Shown here in pieces: positions 28,557 to 37,642 of a stretch of DNA of 58,986 bases. Every line of letters begins with the position of its first letter. The first letter of the stretch is position 1. This stretch comes from Rubrivivax sp. (GTDB taxonomy: Bacteria; Pseudomonadota; Gammaproteobacteria; Burkholderiales; Burkholderiaceae_C). Location of the stretch: NCBI GenBank assembly GCA_043716775.1, contig JAYSYB010000045.1:1-58986 (forward strand). Reading direction: 5' to 3'. The notes beneath the pieces are model-generated. The model made no database searches. It was not told where the DNA came from and saw only the letters and a program-made list of their open reading frames with translations. Position numbers and translations under genes: made by a program.

Positions 28557-29180
28557 TCAAGTGCGGCGACGCAGGCTTGCACCGGCGGCAATCAGCCCCA
28601 GAGCGACCAGAGCCAGGGAGCCTGGCTCGGGAATCCTTGTCGTGGAGAAGTTACCGGTGTAGCTGTTCGGCTGGGTGCCAACAGGTGCAATGGAGGTGCC
28701 GCGCACGTTGAACGCGTACGTGCCATTCAGCGCAAGGTTGGGCAGGTTTACAACGAAAGCCGGGCTGGCAAACGTGGTACCAGTGCTCGTGAACGTGCCG
28801 CCGGTGCAGTTGCCAGTCGCGCTGCCGGCGCTGCCGGGGTTGATGACAGCAGTGCAGGTCGCGCCGACCAGGGTGTACAGCTCAACTTGGAAGCCGGAGA
28901 CTGAGCTAGAGGGGTTGAAGATGACGTTGAGCGAACCAAGGCCAGCCGGGCTGACCGTGAAAGCCCACCAGTCACTGAAGCCGCCATTGCCGAGACCAGC
29001 GTGACCAAAGGTGCTCTGGTCGAAGCTGATCGGGTTGTGCGTACCCAGGAAGTCGGTGTTTGCTTGACCGTTGTCGGTGTAGACGCAGCCGTTGCAGATG
29101 GTGGCAGCGGAAGCTCCGCCCGAAGCCAAGACGCTGACGCCAAACGCCAAGCCGAGCCAAGCCTTTTTGAGCAATTTCAT
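28557..29180 (-). CDS. PEP-CTERM sorting-domain protein (FxDxF-like family)
   Basis: Signal peptide ending ASA; FSDWWAF motif; C-terminal IPEPGSLALVALGLIAAGASLRRRT sorting signal. Confidence 0.93.
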   Translation of the reverse strand: MKLLKKAWLGLAFGVSVLASGGASAATICNGCVYTDNGQANTDFLGTHNPISFDQSTFGHAGLGNGGFSDWWAFTVSPAGLGSLNVIFNPSSSVSGFQVELYTLVGATCTAVINPGSAGSATGNCTGGTFTSTGTTFASPAFVVNLPNLALNGTYAFNVRGTSIAPVGTQPNSYTGNFSTTRIPEPGSLALVALGLIAAGASLRRRT

Positions 29181-29271
29181 GAAGATCTCGCTTTCCTAAA
29201 TTGGTTGAAGGACAGAAGAGCGGGCCAGGGTGAGAGAAGACGACCACCGCAACCAACCACAGCGGGAATTG

Positions 29272-29287
29272 AGCAAGCCACGGGCCA
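29272..29287 (-). promoter_or_regulatory. sigma54 (-24/-12) promoter of the PEP-CTERM gene
   Basis: Minus strand reads TGGCCCG-TGGC-TTGCT versus consensus TGGCACG-N4-TTGCW. Confidence 0.82.
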
Positions 29288-29306
29288 CTACCGAAATTCT
29301 GTTTAA

Positions 29307-29319
29307 ATTCAACCACTTG
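29307..29319 (+). promoter_or_regulatory. Putative IHF site
   Basis: ATTCAACCACTTG versus WATCAANNNNTTR (one mismatch), with an AT-rich 5' flank, between the sigma54 site and the enhancer. Confidence 0.6.
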
Positions 29320-29351
29320 ACTAGATTCTTCCGAGCCGGTGTTGAGGCGGC

Positions 29352-29377
29352 TGTCAACAAATCCGACACGGTTTTAC
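29352..29377. promoter_or_regulatory. Putative PrsR enhancer (PEP-CTERM box)
   Basis: TGTCAACAAATCCGACA imperfect palindrome (TGTC-N9-GACA) plus an adjacent TTTTAC half-site, about 65 nt upstream of the -24 element. Confidence 0.62.
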
Positions 29378-29381
29378 CGGC

Positions 29382-32180
29382 TCAGCGCCGGCGCGCCTCT
29401 GCGAGGAGCTTCCGTGCTTGCGCGTACTGTGGGGCAGTCTTGCCCAGCGCCAGCAGCTTCTCAAGCTCGACCGTCGCGTTGGCAGGTTCGTCTGCCTCTA
29501 TGTAAACCCTCGCAAGGGATAGCCGAAGCGGTGCGGTGTCAGTCGCTCGGTTGATGGCAAGTTTCAAAGCATCAACCGCCTTGGAGTACTGCTTCTGGCT
29601 AACATGGATCTGCGCCAGGGTGTCCAGGATCTCCGGGCGATCTGGCTGAACCTTCAGCGCCCTTTCAACAAACGCGATCGCGGCGGGATCCTTAGACTGC
29701 AGCAAGGCCCACGCCATGTTGTTCAGCGCGCCAGCATGTTTAGGGTCGATTGACAGGACCTGTTCGTAGAGCGCGCGAGCAGCACTCAAGTTTTTGGCGG
29801 CCAGATCCGTATCTCCCAGGTAGGCAAGAAACTCGACATCCTTGGGATGGTTCTTTATCCAACGGGCCTCCATCTGCTTGGCTTCCGCAGCTTTCCCGTC
29901 TCGAAGCAGCAATGCGTGCACAAGATTCGGAAGCATGCCCGGATTAGCCTTGTCCAGTCCCTTGCTGAACGCGGCTACGGCAGCAGACGTATTGCCCTGA
30001 CTCGACTCGACCGCGCCTTCCATTAAAAAGCCTACCGCCTGAGCGGGGTTCTGCTGCTGGACGTTTCGTGCGATCGCAAGGGCATCCTTGAAGAGATTTC
30101 GCCGTGTGGCAACTTCGGCTGCCATTCGTTGCGCATCGACTGACTTCGGGTCTTGTTCGATCAACCGTTGAAGCGTCTTGGCAGCAGGCTCCAGCTCACC
30201 GGCAGCGACGAGCGCTGCGGCCAAGCCCATGTAGCCCGATGCGGATCTCGGGGCTACCCGAATCAGGTTTGAAAACGTGCTGTTTGCCTGTCGAACATCC
30301 CCGCCCTTGAGCTGGATCCGCCCCGTCAACTCCATCAGTTGTACGTTGTCCTTGATGAACGCGCCCGCGCTCTGCCCGGCATTCAGCGCCGCTTGTATGT
30401 CTCCCGCGTTGAAATGGCGCAGCATCAACGTCAGCCATGCGCTGAGGTTGAGCGGGTCTGCCTTGGTGGCACGCTCCAGCAGCGCTTGAACTTCGGATGC
30501 GCTGCCACCCGATCGGACGCTGAGCGACGCAAGCAGAGTCAAGACTGGCGAGTTGTTGGGATCTGCGGTGAGTGCGTCCGTCAAGCGTTTGCGCGCTTGA
30601 TCGATCTTTCCTTCCTGAAAGTCAACGTTCGTGAGCTGGCTCAGCGCCGGCAAATAGAACTTGTCGCGCTGCAGTGCTTGTTCGAACGCCTTCCGCGCGC
30701 CTGCCAGGTCACCTTGCTTGACCAGAACCTGCCCGCGCAATTCGGGACCCGCAGGCTGTTGAGGCTTCTTCTGGTCTACCCGCTCTATCGCTTTCAGCGC
30801 CTCGGACAGTTCACCTCGCGAAAGCCGGGCGCTGATGAGTCTCAAATCGACATCCGTTGCATCGGTTGAGTCCGAAATGAGCTGCAGCTCACGCAGGGCG
30901 GCGTCGCTGGCGCCTTTTGCAACCTGCGCCAGCGCCAAGGCCGTGCGCACGGAAGGGTCCTTGGAGCCGAATTTGGCAGCCCGCGTGTACAGCTGGTCAG
31001 CGCCCAGTGCGTCGCCTTGCAACAGACGTGCTTGCGCCGCAACCACCAAAATCTCAGGCTGTGCGGTGGGGAGATCAATCAGCGTCGCCAAAGTGTTCGA
31101 AGCCTTTTCCGGCCGTCCCAACTGCAGGTTCGCCTGCGCCAGGTAGTAGCGTGCCGCTGCGTTGCTCGGTGCCAGGCTCACGGCACGGGCGAGCTGAGCT
31201 TCGGCCTGAATCGGGGCGCCTACCTTGAGTTCGTTCAGTCCCGATGCCAGAAGTGTGGGCACGTTTTCTGGAGCGACATTCAACAAAAAAGCAAACTGGG
31301 GCCGCGCCTCTGCATAGTCGCCGCGCAAATAGTTCAAGCGCGCTTCCAGATAGAGGGTATTAAGGTTCTTGGGCCGCACCTTCACCAGACGGTCCAGCGA
31401 TTCGCGCGCTGCCTTCAAATCGTTGCGCACCATGTGCAGTGACACGGACGAATACAACGACTGAAATTGTTTTGGATTGATCGCGAGCGCCTTGTTGAAA
31501 GCGGCGAAGGCTTTTTCATGCTGCTCTGGCAAGACTTCATGCAGCGTCCCCTTGAAGGCCCATGCGTCGTCGTGTTGGGGTGACTCCAGCACCAGCGCGT
31601 CCACCTCGCGCATGGCCTGGGCGTTGTCGGACTTGGCCAGGCTCACTCGGGCTCGCGTGAGCTTTGCCGAAGCCGACTGCGGGTCGGCGGCAAGCGCAGC
31701 GCTCACGAACTTGGCAGCCTGGTCGGTGTTGTTCAGGTCCAGACACGCCAACGCCAAAACATTGCTGAGTTGCGCCATCGCGCTCGGCGAGCTCAGCTTG
31801 AGGTTGCCGAACTGTTCTAAAAGCACGCTCGACTGACCGGACTCCACCATGGCCTCTGCCAGGATGGGAACGACCTTGTCTTCCGCCACCTTCAGCTCTC
31901 GAGCCCGGCGCAGGTCGATCACGGCTGCCCGGGCATCGCCCGCCGCAAGCTCCTGGGCACCCAGGAGCAGCCTTGCTTCGGCGTTGTTTGGCTCGTTGGC
32001 GATCGCGTTCTTCAGGTGCAGAACAGCCGAGACGGGATCCTTGGCTTCGATGGCCGTCATGGCTGCAGCCATGTGGTCGGCGGGGCTCTTTTGGCAGCCC
32101 CAGAGAAGTAAGACCAGAACCGCTGACAGGGCAAATCGGGCGTAGTGAAAATCCACTTTTTTGACCAAGGCAATCCTCAT
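29382..32180 (-). CDS. prsT: Second PrsT-like TPR-repeat lipoprotein
   Basis: Lipobox LWGC; AVLHLKNAI and ALNNMAW motifs; 932 aa, collinear with the first PrsT. Confidence 0.87.
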   Translation of the reverse strand: MRIALVKKVDFHYARFALSAVLVLLLWGCQKSPADHMAAAMTAIEAKDPVSAVLHLKNAIANEPNNAEARLLLGAQELAAGDARAAVIDLRRARELKVAEDKVVPILAEAMVESGQSSVLLEQFGNLKLSSPSAMAQLSNVLALACLDLNNTDQAAKFVSAALAADPQSASAKLTRARVSLAKSDNAQAMREVDALVLESPQHDDAWAFKGTLHEVLPEQHEKAFAAFNKALAINPKQFQSLYSSVSLHMVRNDLKAARESLDRLVKVRPKNLNTLYLEARLNYLRGDYAEARPQFAFLLNVAPENVPTLLASGLNELKVGAPIQAEAQLARAVSLAPSNAAARYYLAQANLQLGRPEKASNTLATLIDLPTAQPEILVVAAQARLLQGDALGADQLYTRAAKFGSKDPSVRTALALAQVAKGASDAALRELQLISDSTDATDVDLRLISARLSRGELSEALKAIERVDQKKPQQPAGPELRGQVLVKQGDLAGARKAFEQALQRDKFYLPALSQLTNVDFQEGKIDQARKRLTDALTADPNNSPVLTLLASLSVRSGGSASEVQALLERATKADPLNLSAWLTLMLRHFNAGDIQAALNAGQSAGAFIKDNVQLMELTGRIQLKGGDVRQANSTFSNLIRVAPRSASGYMGLAAALVAAGELEPAAKTLQRLIEQDPKSVDAQRMAAEVATRRNLFKDALAIARNVQQQNPAQAVGFLMEGAVESSQGNTSAAVAAFSKGLDKANPGMLPNLVHALLLRDGKAAEAKQMEARWIKNHPKDVEFLAYLGDTDLAAKNLSAARALYEQVLSIDPKHAGALNNMAWALLQSKDPAAIAFVERALKVQPDRPEILDTLAQIHVSQKQYSKAVDALKLAINRATDTAPLRLSLARVYIEADEPANATVELEKLLALGKTAPQYAQARKLLAEARRR

Positions 32181-32592
32181 GAGGTCTGGTGCTCGAAAGC
32201 CGCTGCCGAAAAGCAGCGCGACTCTTGTTGCTGGCTCAACATTTGTTGAAAAAAGGCGCCAGGGGGCAAACCGTTAGCCGTCAGCGTTGCTGTGACCTTG
32301 TAGATTTGTCAAATGGCGCAGCGGCGACCTCCTCGATTGTTGGGGACGCAGGCTGGGCCCACCAGTGCTGGCGCTTGAGTTTTTTGCCGTGGATGACGCG
32401 GTTCGTGACAAAAGCTGCGATTCGCAACAAGGCTCCTACCTTAAGTCTCAAGGGGCAAGATGTCGCTGTGCCATCATCTGCCCCTTGGCATTTTTCGCGC
32501 CACCCGAAGCAGCCGTACCCCACCCCGTCGCGCCGATCAAGTGGTGCCGTACGTCACGGTGCCAGCGCTGAGCAAAATATAGGAGCACTTCC

Positions 32593-33225
32593 TTGGCATA
32601 CCCAGCTTTCTCGACTGTCTGTCGTGCCCTGCGTCCTGGCTTGGCGCTTGTTGCTGCCGGCCTTCTGGGCGCCTGCGCTAGCCCAACGCTCCCGCCTGCT
32701 CCAGCAGCGGCCCAGACCGCAGATTACAGCTACGTGATTGGCGCCGGTGACAACTTGAACATCATTGTCTGGCGCAATCCCGAACTGTCGCTGTCGGTGC
32801 CCGTTCGGCCCGACGGCAAGGTCTCTGCGCCGCTGGTCGATGAACTCGTGGCCCAGGGTAAAACGCCGCCCGAGCTCGCACGGGACATCGAGAAAAAACT
32901 CTCGACCTACGTTCGCGATCCGGTCGTCACGGTCATCGTCACCGGCTTCGTCGGCCCTTACAGCGAGCAGATCCGGGTGGTGGGCGAAGCCGCGAAGCCG
33001 CTGTTCCTGCCCTACAAGCAGAAGATGACGTTGCTTGACGTGATGATTGCTGCGGGTGGGCTGACGGATTTTGCCGACGGCAACCGCGCCATCATCCAGC
33101 GCACCGCTGACGGCAACAAACAATACGCAGTTCGCCTCAAGGACCTCATCAAACGTGGCGATACCACTGCCAATGTGGAAATGCGTCCGGGCGACATCCT
33201 GATCATTCCGCAGAGCCTGTTCTGA
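32593..33225 (+). CDS. Polysaccharide export outer-membrane lipoprotein (Wza/OPX family)
   Basis: AGGAG RBS before TTG; lipobox LGAC; YVIGAGD, VRPDGKVSAPL, AAGGLT and PGDILIIP. Confidence 0.92.
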   Translation: MAYPAFSTVCRALRPGLALVAAGLLGACASPTLPPAPAAAQTADYSYVIGAGDNLNIIVWRNPELSLSVPVRPDGKVSAPLVDELVAQGKTPPELARDIEKKLSTYVRDPVVTVIVTGFVGPYSEQIRVVGEAAKPLFLPYKQKMTLLDVMIAAGGLTDFADGNRAIIQRTADGNKQYAVRLKDLIKRGDTTANVEMRPGDILIIPQSLF

Positions 33226-33312
33226 CAATCGGTCGGGACATCTCCGGCCCGCGTGGTAGTGGAGACGTCCCGGTGACTCCATCGAACCGCCTGCTCGGGT
33301 TACCTACGTCGC

Positions 33313-34905
33313 ATGCAAGAAATCGTTCAACAGCTGCTCGTCGCCCTGCGCGGGATGTGGAAGTTTCGCTGGCCCGGACTCGTCGTGGCCTGGGTCACGG
33401 CCGTCGTCGGTGTGGTGGCCGTGTGGAAGATCCCCGACCAGTTTGAAGCGTCGGCGCGGATCTTCGTAGACACCGACTCGATCCTCAAGCCGCTGATGAG
33501 CGGCCTTGCCGTGCAGCCCAATGTAGAGCAGCAGATCGGCATGCTCAGCCGGACGCTGATCAGCCGCCCCAACATCGAAAAGCTCATCCGCATGGCCGAC
33601 CTGGACCTGAAAAGCCAGTCCAAGAACGACCAGGAAACGCTGATTGAAAAACTCACCAAGGGCATCGAGATTCGCACCGCCGGGGGCAATAACCTGTACG
33701 CGATGGCCTACCGCGATTCTGATCAGGACAAGGCCAAGCGCGTTATCCAGTCGATGGTGTCGATCTTTGTCGAATCGGGCCTGGGTGCCAGCCGCAAGGA
33801 CACCGATTCCGCCAAGACTTTCCTGAACGAACAGATCAAGTCGTTCGAGGCCAAGCTGGAAGAGGCCGAGGCGCGCCTCAAGGAGTTCAGGCTGCGCAAC
33901 ATCACCACGCAATCGGCGGATGGCAAGGACGCCACTAGCCGGCTGGGGGAGATCAACAACCAGCTCGAAGCTGCCAAGCTGATGCTTCGCGAGGCTGAAA
34001 ACTCCCGCGATGCCGCCAAACAGCAGTTGGCTCTGGAGCGCGGCCAAAGCGGCAGTTCGGCCACCCAAAGCCTGCTGCAGGAGTCCAACATCTCGGTGTC
34101 CACGCCTGAGCTGGATTCCCGCATCGACGGTCTCAAGAAGAACCTCGACGCACTGATGCAGCGGTTCACCGATCAGCACCCCGATGTGGTTTCGACGCGC
34201 CGTCTCATCAAGGATCTCGAAGAGCAGAAGCGCAAGGAAATGATTGAGCTTCGTCGCTCGGCCATGGCCACGGCTGCTGTCAACGGGCCAGGCAACGCCG
34301 CTGCAAATAACAGCCTCGCTGCCCAGGAACTCAGCCGCGTGATGGCTGCATCCGAGGTGCAGGTGGCCGCGCTCAAGGCCCGGGTGGCTGAGTATTCGAG
34401 CCGCATGGCCACGGCGCGGGAGTCTCTGAAGTCGGCCCCTCAGCTCGAAGCTGAAGCCGCCCAGCTCAACCGCGACTACGCCATCACCAAAAAGGGCTAC
34501 GAAGACTTGGTGTCGCGACGCCAGTCGGCCGTGATGTCGGGTGACCTTGACGTGGCCTCGGGTGTGGCGGAATTCCGCCTGATCGACCCGCCGCGGGTCA
34601 ATCCCAAGGCAGTCTCGCCGAACCGGCTTTTGCTCCTGCCCTTGGTGTTGCTGGCTGGGCTGGGGCTCGGACTCTTCTTTTCCTTTGCCGCCAGCCAGAT
34701 GCGGCCGACTTTCTCCGGTGCAGAAGAACTGCGCATGCAGACTGGCCTGCCGCTCTTGGGCGTGGTGACCTTGCTCACAACGGACGACGACCGGCGGCGT
34801 GACCGCATGAGCCTGTTCCGCTTTGTCGCTGCCTCAGGCGGCCTTGTGGGCCTGTTTGCTGCTGGGCTGATCACCATGTCCCTCATGTCCAGGTTTGGAG
34901 GCTAG
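33313..34905 (+). CDS. Polysaccharide chain-length determinant / copolymerase (XrtA system)
   Basis: TM segments at both ends with a long coiled coil; FTDQHPDV, LNRDY and IDPP..P..P motifs. Confidence 0.9.
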   Translation: MQEIVQQLLVALRGMWKFRWPGLVVAWVTAVVGVVAVWKIPDQFEASARIFVDTDSILKPLMSGLAVQPNVEQQIGMLSRTLISRPNIEKLIRMADLDLKSQSKNDQETLIEKLTKGIEIRTAGGNNLYAMAYRDSDQDKAKRVIQSMVSIFVESGLGASRKDTDSAKTFLNEQIKSFEAKLEEAEARLKEFRLRNITTQSADGKDATSRLGEINNQLEAAKLMLREAENSRDAAKQQLALERGQSGSSATQSLLQESNISVSTPELDSRIDGLKKNLDALMQRFTDQHPDVVSTRRLIKDLEEQKRKEMIELRRSAMATAAVNGPGNAAANNSLAAQELSRVMAASEVQVAALKARVAEYSSRMATARESLKSAPQLEAEAAQLNRDYAITKKGYEDLVSRRQSAVMSGDLDVASGVAEFRLIDPPRVNPKAVSPNRLLLLPLVLLAGLGLGLFFSFAASQMRPTFSGAEELRMQTGLPLLGVVTLLTTDDDRRRDRMSLFRFVAASGGLVGLFAAGLITMSLMSRFGG

Positions 34906-34909
34906 ACCG

Positions 34910-36019
34910 ATGAGCAGCCTCATAGAGCAAGCCGCGCAGCGCCTGGAGCAACTGCGCCAGGCAGGTATCGAGATTCCCGAGATCGAAAACCGCTCGGTTT
35001 TCTCGCCTTCGCTGGCTGAGACTTCGCCGTCGGTGCAGACAGCGCAGCCCGTGCAACGGGTCCAACACGTGCAGCCTGCGCAGTACGCACCCGCCACGCC
35101 GCCGGCGTCCTCGGCCCCGCCCTACGCGCATGTTGGCCATGCCGACAACGCCAGCGGCGAGATGTTTGCCAAGTCGCGCCGGGTTGATCTTGACCTTAAC
35201 GCCATCGCCACTGCGGGCATCGTCACGCCGAACGCGCCGCGCTCGCACATGGCCGACCAATACCGCGTCATCAAGCGGCCGCTGATCGCCAACGCGATGG
35301 GCCGTGGCGCCGCAACGGTGACCCATGGCAACCTGATCATGGTCACCAGCGCCCTGCCTGGCGAAGGCAAGAGCTTCACGTCCATCAACCTGGCCATGAG
35401 CATTGCCGCCGAGCTTGACCACACCGTGATGCTGGTGGACGCCGACGTCGCCAGACCTTCGGTGCTGCGCATGTTGGGTCTGCCTGCGGGACCCGGCCTG
35501 CTGGAACTGCTGGAAGGCAAGGCCGACATGGCCAGCGTGTTGATGCGCACCAACGTCGACAAGCTCACGCTGCTGCCCAGCGGCTCACCGCATCCGCGCG
35601 CGACCGAACTGCTGGCCAGTGATGCCATGTCGCAGTTGCTGGAAGACATGGCCACGCGCTACCCCGACCGCATCATCATCTTTGATTCGCCGCCGCTGTT
35701 GCTGACCACTGAATCGCGCGTGCTGGCCACGCACATGGGCCAGATCGTGGTGGTGGTGCACGCCGACCGCACCCTGCAGGGCACCGTCAAACAGGCACTG
35801 GCTACCATCGAGTCGTGCCCCGTCAAGATGATGGTGCTGAACAAGGCCCGCAGCGGCGCTGGCGGTGCCTATGGCGATGGCTACGGCTACGGTTATGGAT
35901 ACGGTTATGGCTATGGTTACGGCTATGGCTACGGTCATGGCAGCAAGCCGGGCGGTATCCCGCCTGCTCAAGGCGAACCACCCGGGGACGCCCCGCCCGC
36001 TGAACAGCGTGCGCCCTGA
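34910..36019 (+). CDS. BY-kinase (XrtA-associated tyrosine autokinase)
   Basis: Walker A TSALPGEGKS, A' LVDAD, B IFDSPP; C-terminal Tyr cluster. Confidence 0.92.
   Translation: MSSLIEQAAQRLEQLRQAGIEIPEIENRSVFSPSLAETSPSVQTAQPVQRVQHVQPAQYAPATPPASSAPPYAHVGHADNASGEMFAKSRRVDLDLNAIATAGIVTPNAPRSHMADQYRVIKRPLIANAMGRGAATVTHGNLIMVTSALPGEGKSFTSINLAMSIAAELDHTVMLVDADVARPSVLRMLGLPAGPGLLELLEGKADMASVLMRTNVDKLTLLPSGSPHPRATELLASDAMSQLLEDMATRYPDRIIIFDSPPLLLTTESRVLATHMGQIVVVVHADRTLQGTVKQALATIESCPVKMMVLNKARSGAGGAYGDGYGYGYGYGYGYGYGYGYGHGSKPGGIPPAQGEPPGDAPPAEQRAP
35879..35932 (+). repeat. Coding (Gly-Tyr)9 repeat
   Basis: GGN-TAY hexamer repeated nine times with mixed synonymous codons. Confidence 0.95.
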
Positions 36020-36030
36020 ACCTGAACCTC

Positions 36031-37599
36031 ATGAAATTTCGTGTTCCGTTTCGTGTTTCATTCCGTGGCCCAGTTGCCTGTCGCCTTCGGCGCAGAACCC
36101 GGGCCGCAGCCGTGGCCCCTTTGTCGGCGGCCGTGATGGCTTTCGGCCCGGGCCTGGCCATCGCGCAGGACGGGGGAGGCGGCCGCTCCACGAATCTCAC
36201 CGCCAGCGTCGACACCCAACTGTCGTACGTGGTGAACAGCCGCACCGGCGGGCTCAGTGGTGGCGAATTCGTGGCCGAAGTGCGTCCCGGGCTGCAGATC
36301 AGCAGCCGTTCGGGCCGTGTCGTGGGGTCGCTCAGCTATGCGCTCGGGCTGAGGCACCATTCGCGGGCCAATGACGGCGACGACGTTCAGCACCAGCTGA
36401 GCGCCAACTTTTCTGCCGAAGCCGTGGAACGCTGGATGTACGTCGACGGCACGGCCAGCGTATCGCAACAGACGGTATCGGCATTCGGCCAGCAAACCGC
36501 ACCCGGCAGCACGCAGAACAACCCCAACCGCATTGAAGTGGCCACCGTCAGCTTGTCGCCTTACGTGCGCGGCGTGTTCGGCTCGGCCATCAACTATGAA
36601 GCGCGCTTGACTGGCAACGCCACCAATGGCCGGCACTCCATGGCCGCGGATTCCTCGGGCACCACCGGATCGCTTTCGCTGTCGTCGGCTATCGGCGGCA
36701 CGGCGTTTGGCTGGGGCCTGCTCGGGTTGACCCAAACTTCCAGTTTCAGGGCTGGCCGCGAGACCAAGAACGACCGCTATTCCGCCAGCCTGAGCTACAC
36801 GCCCGACGTCGACCTGAGCTTCAGCCTGCGCGGCGGGCAAGAGACGACCGACATCGCCAGTGCGTCGAAGACCACCTACAACAACTGGGGCGTGGGTGCC
36901 ACCTGGCGCCCCACGCCTCGCACGCGTGCGCAGTTCGACACCGACGACCGCTACTTCGGCCGGTCTTACCGGGTGCTGCTGGAACACCGCCTGGCCTCGT
37001 CTTCAGTGCAGTTCAGCAGCAACCGTGATTCGTCCAGCGGGGCCGACGGCGGCGCGGGCCAGCGCATCACGCTGTACCAGGTCTTCTTTGCTCAGTTTGC
37101 GTCGATCCAGCCCGACCCGGTGTTGCGGGATCTGTTGGTCACCGACTTCCTGCGGGCCCAAAACCTGGACCCGAACGCTGTGGTCTCGGGCGGCTTCCTC
37201 AACACGGCGGTCACGGTGCAGCAGCGCCACCAGCTCACGCTGTCGTATGCCGGCCTGCGCATGGCGGGCAGCCTGCAAGCGTACGCCAGCAACAGCCGAG
37301 TCGTCGATGCGTCGGCGGTCACCGCAGCCAACCAGAACACGCGTCAGTGGGGTTACCTGGCCAATGCCTCTTACCGGCTCACGCCCAACGAATCGCTGGC
37401 CCTGACGGGTTCGCGGCTGGTGACGCAGGCCACTGCCACACAGGGCAGCACCAACCTCAAGTCCCTCTCGCTAAGCCTGAGCAGCCAGCTCGCGCGGCGC
37501 ACGTCGGCGTCGCTCAGCGTGCGCTACAGCGTGTTCAACAGCGCCACCGACGCCTACCGCGAGGCGGGCGTCACCGCGTCGCTGAGCCAGCGGTTTTGA
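36031..37599 (+). CDS. PEP-CTERM-system outer-membrane beta-barrel protein (TIGR03016-like)
   Basis: Signal peptide; amphipathic strands; DRYFG motif; C-terminal Phe (SLSQRF); conserved position between the kinase and the ATPase. Confidence 0.82.
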   Translation: MKFRVPFRVSFRGPVACRLRRRTRAAAVAPLSAAVMAFGPGLAIAQDGGGGRSTNLTASVDTQLSYVVNSRTGGLSGGEFVAEVRPGLQISSRSGRVVGSLSYALGLRHHSRANDGDDVQHQLSANFSAEAVERWMYVDGTASVSQQTVSAFGQQTAPGSTQNNPNRIEVATVSLSPYVRGVFGSAINYEARLTGNATNGRHSMAADSSGTTGSLSLSSAIGGTAFGWGLLGLTQTSSFRAGRETKNDRYSASLSYTPDVDLSFSLRGGQETTDIASASKTTYNNWGVGATWRPTPRTRAQFDTDDRYFGRSYRVLLEHRLASSSVQFSSNRDSSSGADGGAGQRITLYQVFFAQFASIQPDPVLRDLLVTDFLRAQNLDPNAVVSGGFLNTAVTVQQRHQLTLSYAGLRMAGSLQAYASNSRVVDASAVTAANQNTRQWGYLANASYRLTPNESLALTGSRLVTQATATQGSTNLKSLSLSLSSQLARRTSASLSVRYSVFNSATDAYREAGVTASLSQRF

Positions 37600-37642
37600 C
37601 CCGCGGTTTTGACCCGCACTTCTGACCGGCACTTCTGACCAT
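37591..37642 (+). repeat. Four 13-nt tandem units
   Basis: CGGTTTTGACCCG twice, then CACTTCTGACCGG and CACTTCTGACCAT. Confidence 0.85.

Noticed and set aside
32266-32500. GG-N10-GC matches upstream of prsT2 (32266-32279, minus) and wza (about 32485-32500, plus)
   Set aside because: Poor match to the sigma54 consensus outside the invariant dinucleotides; expected by chance in GC-rich DNA.
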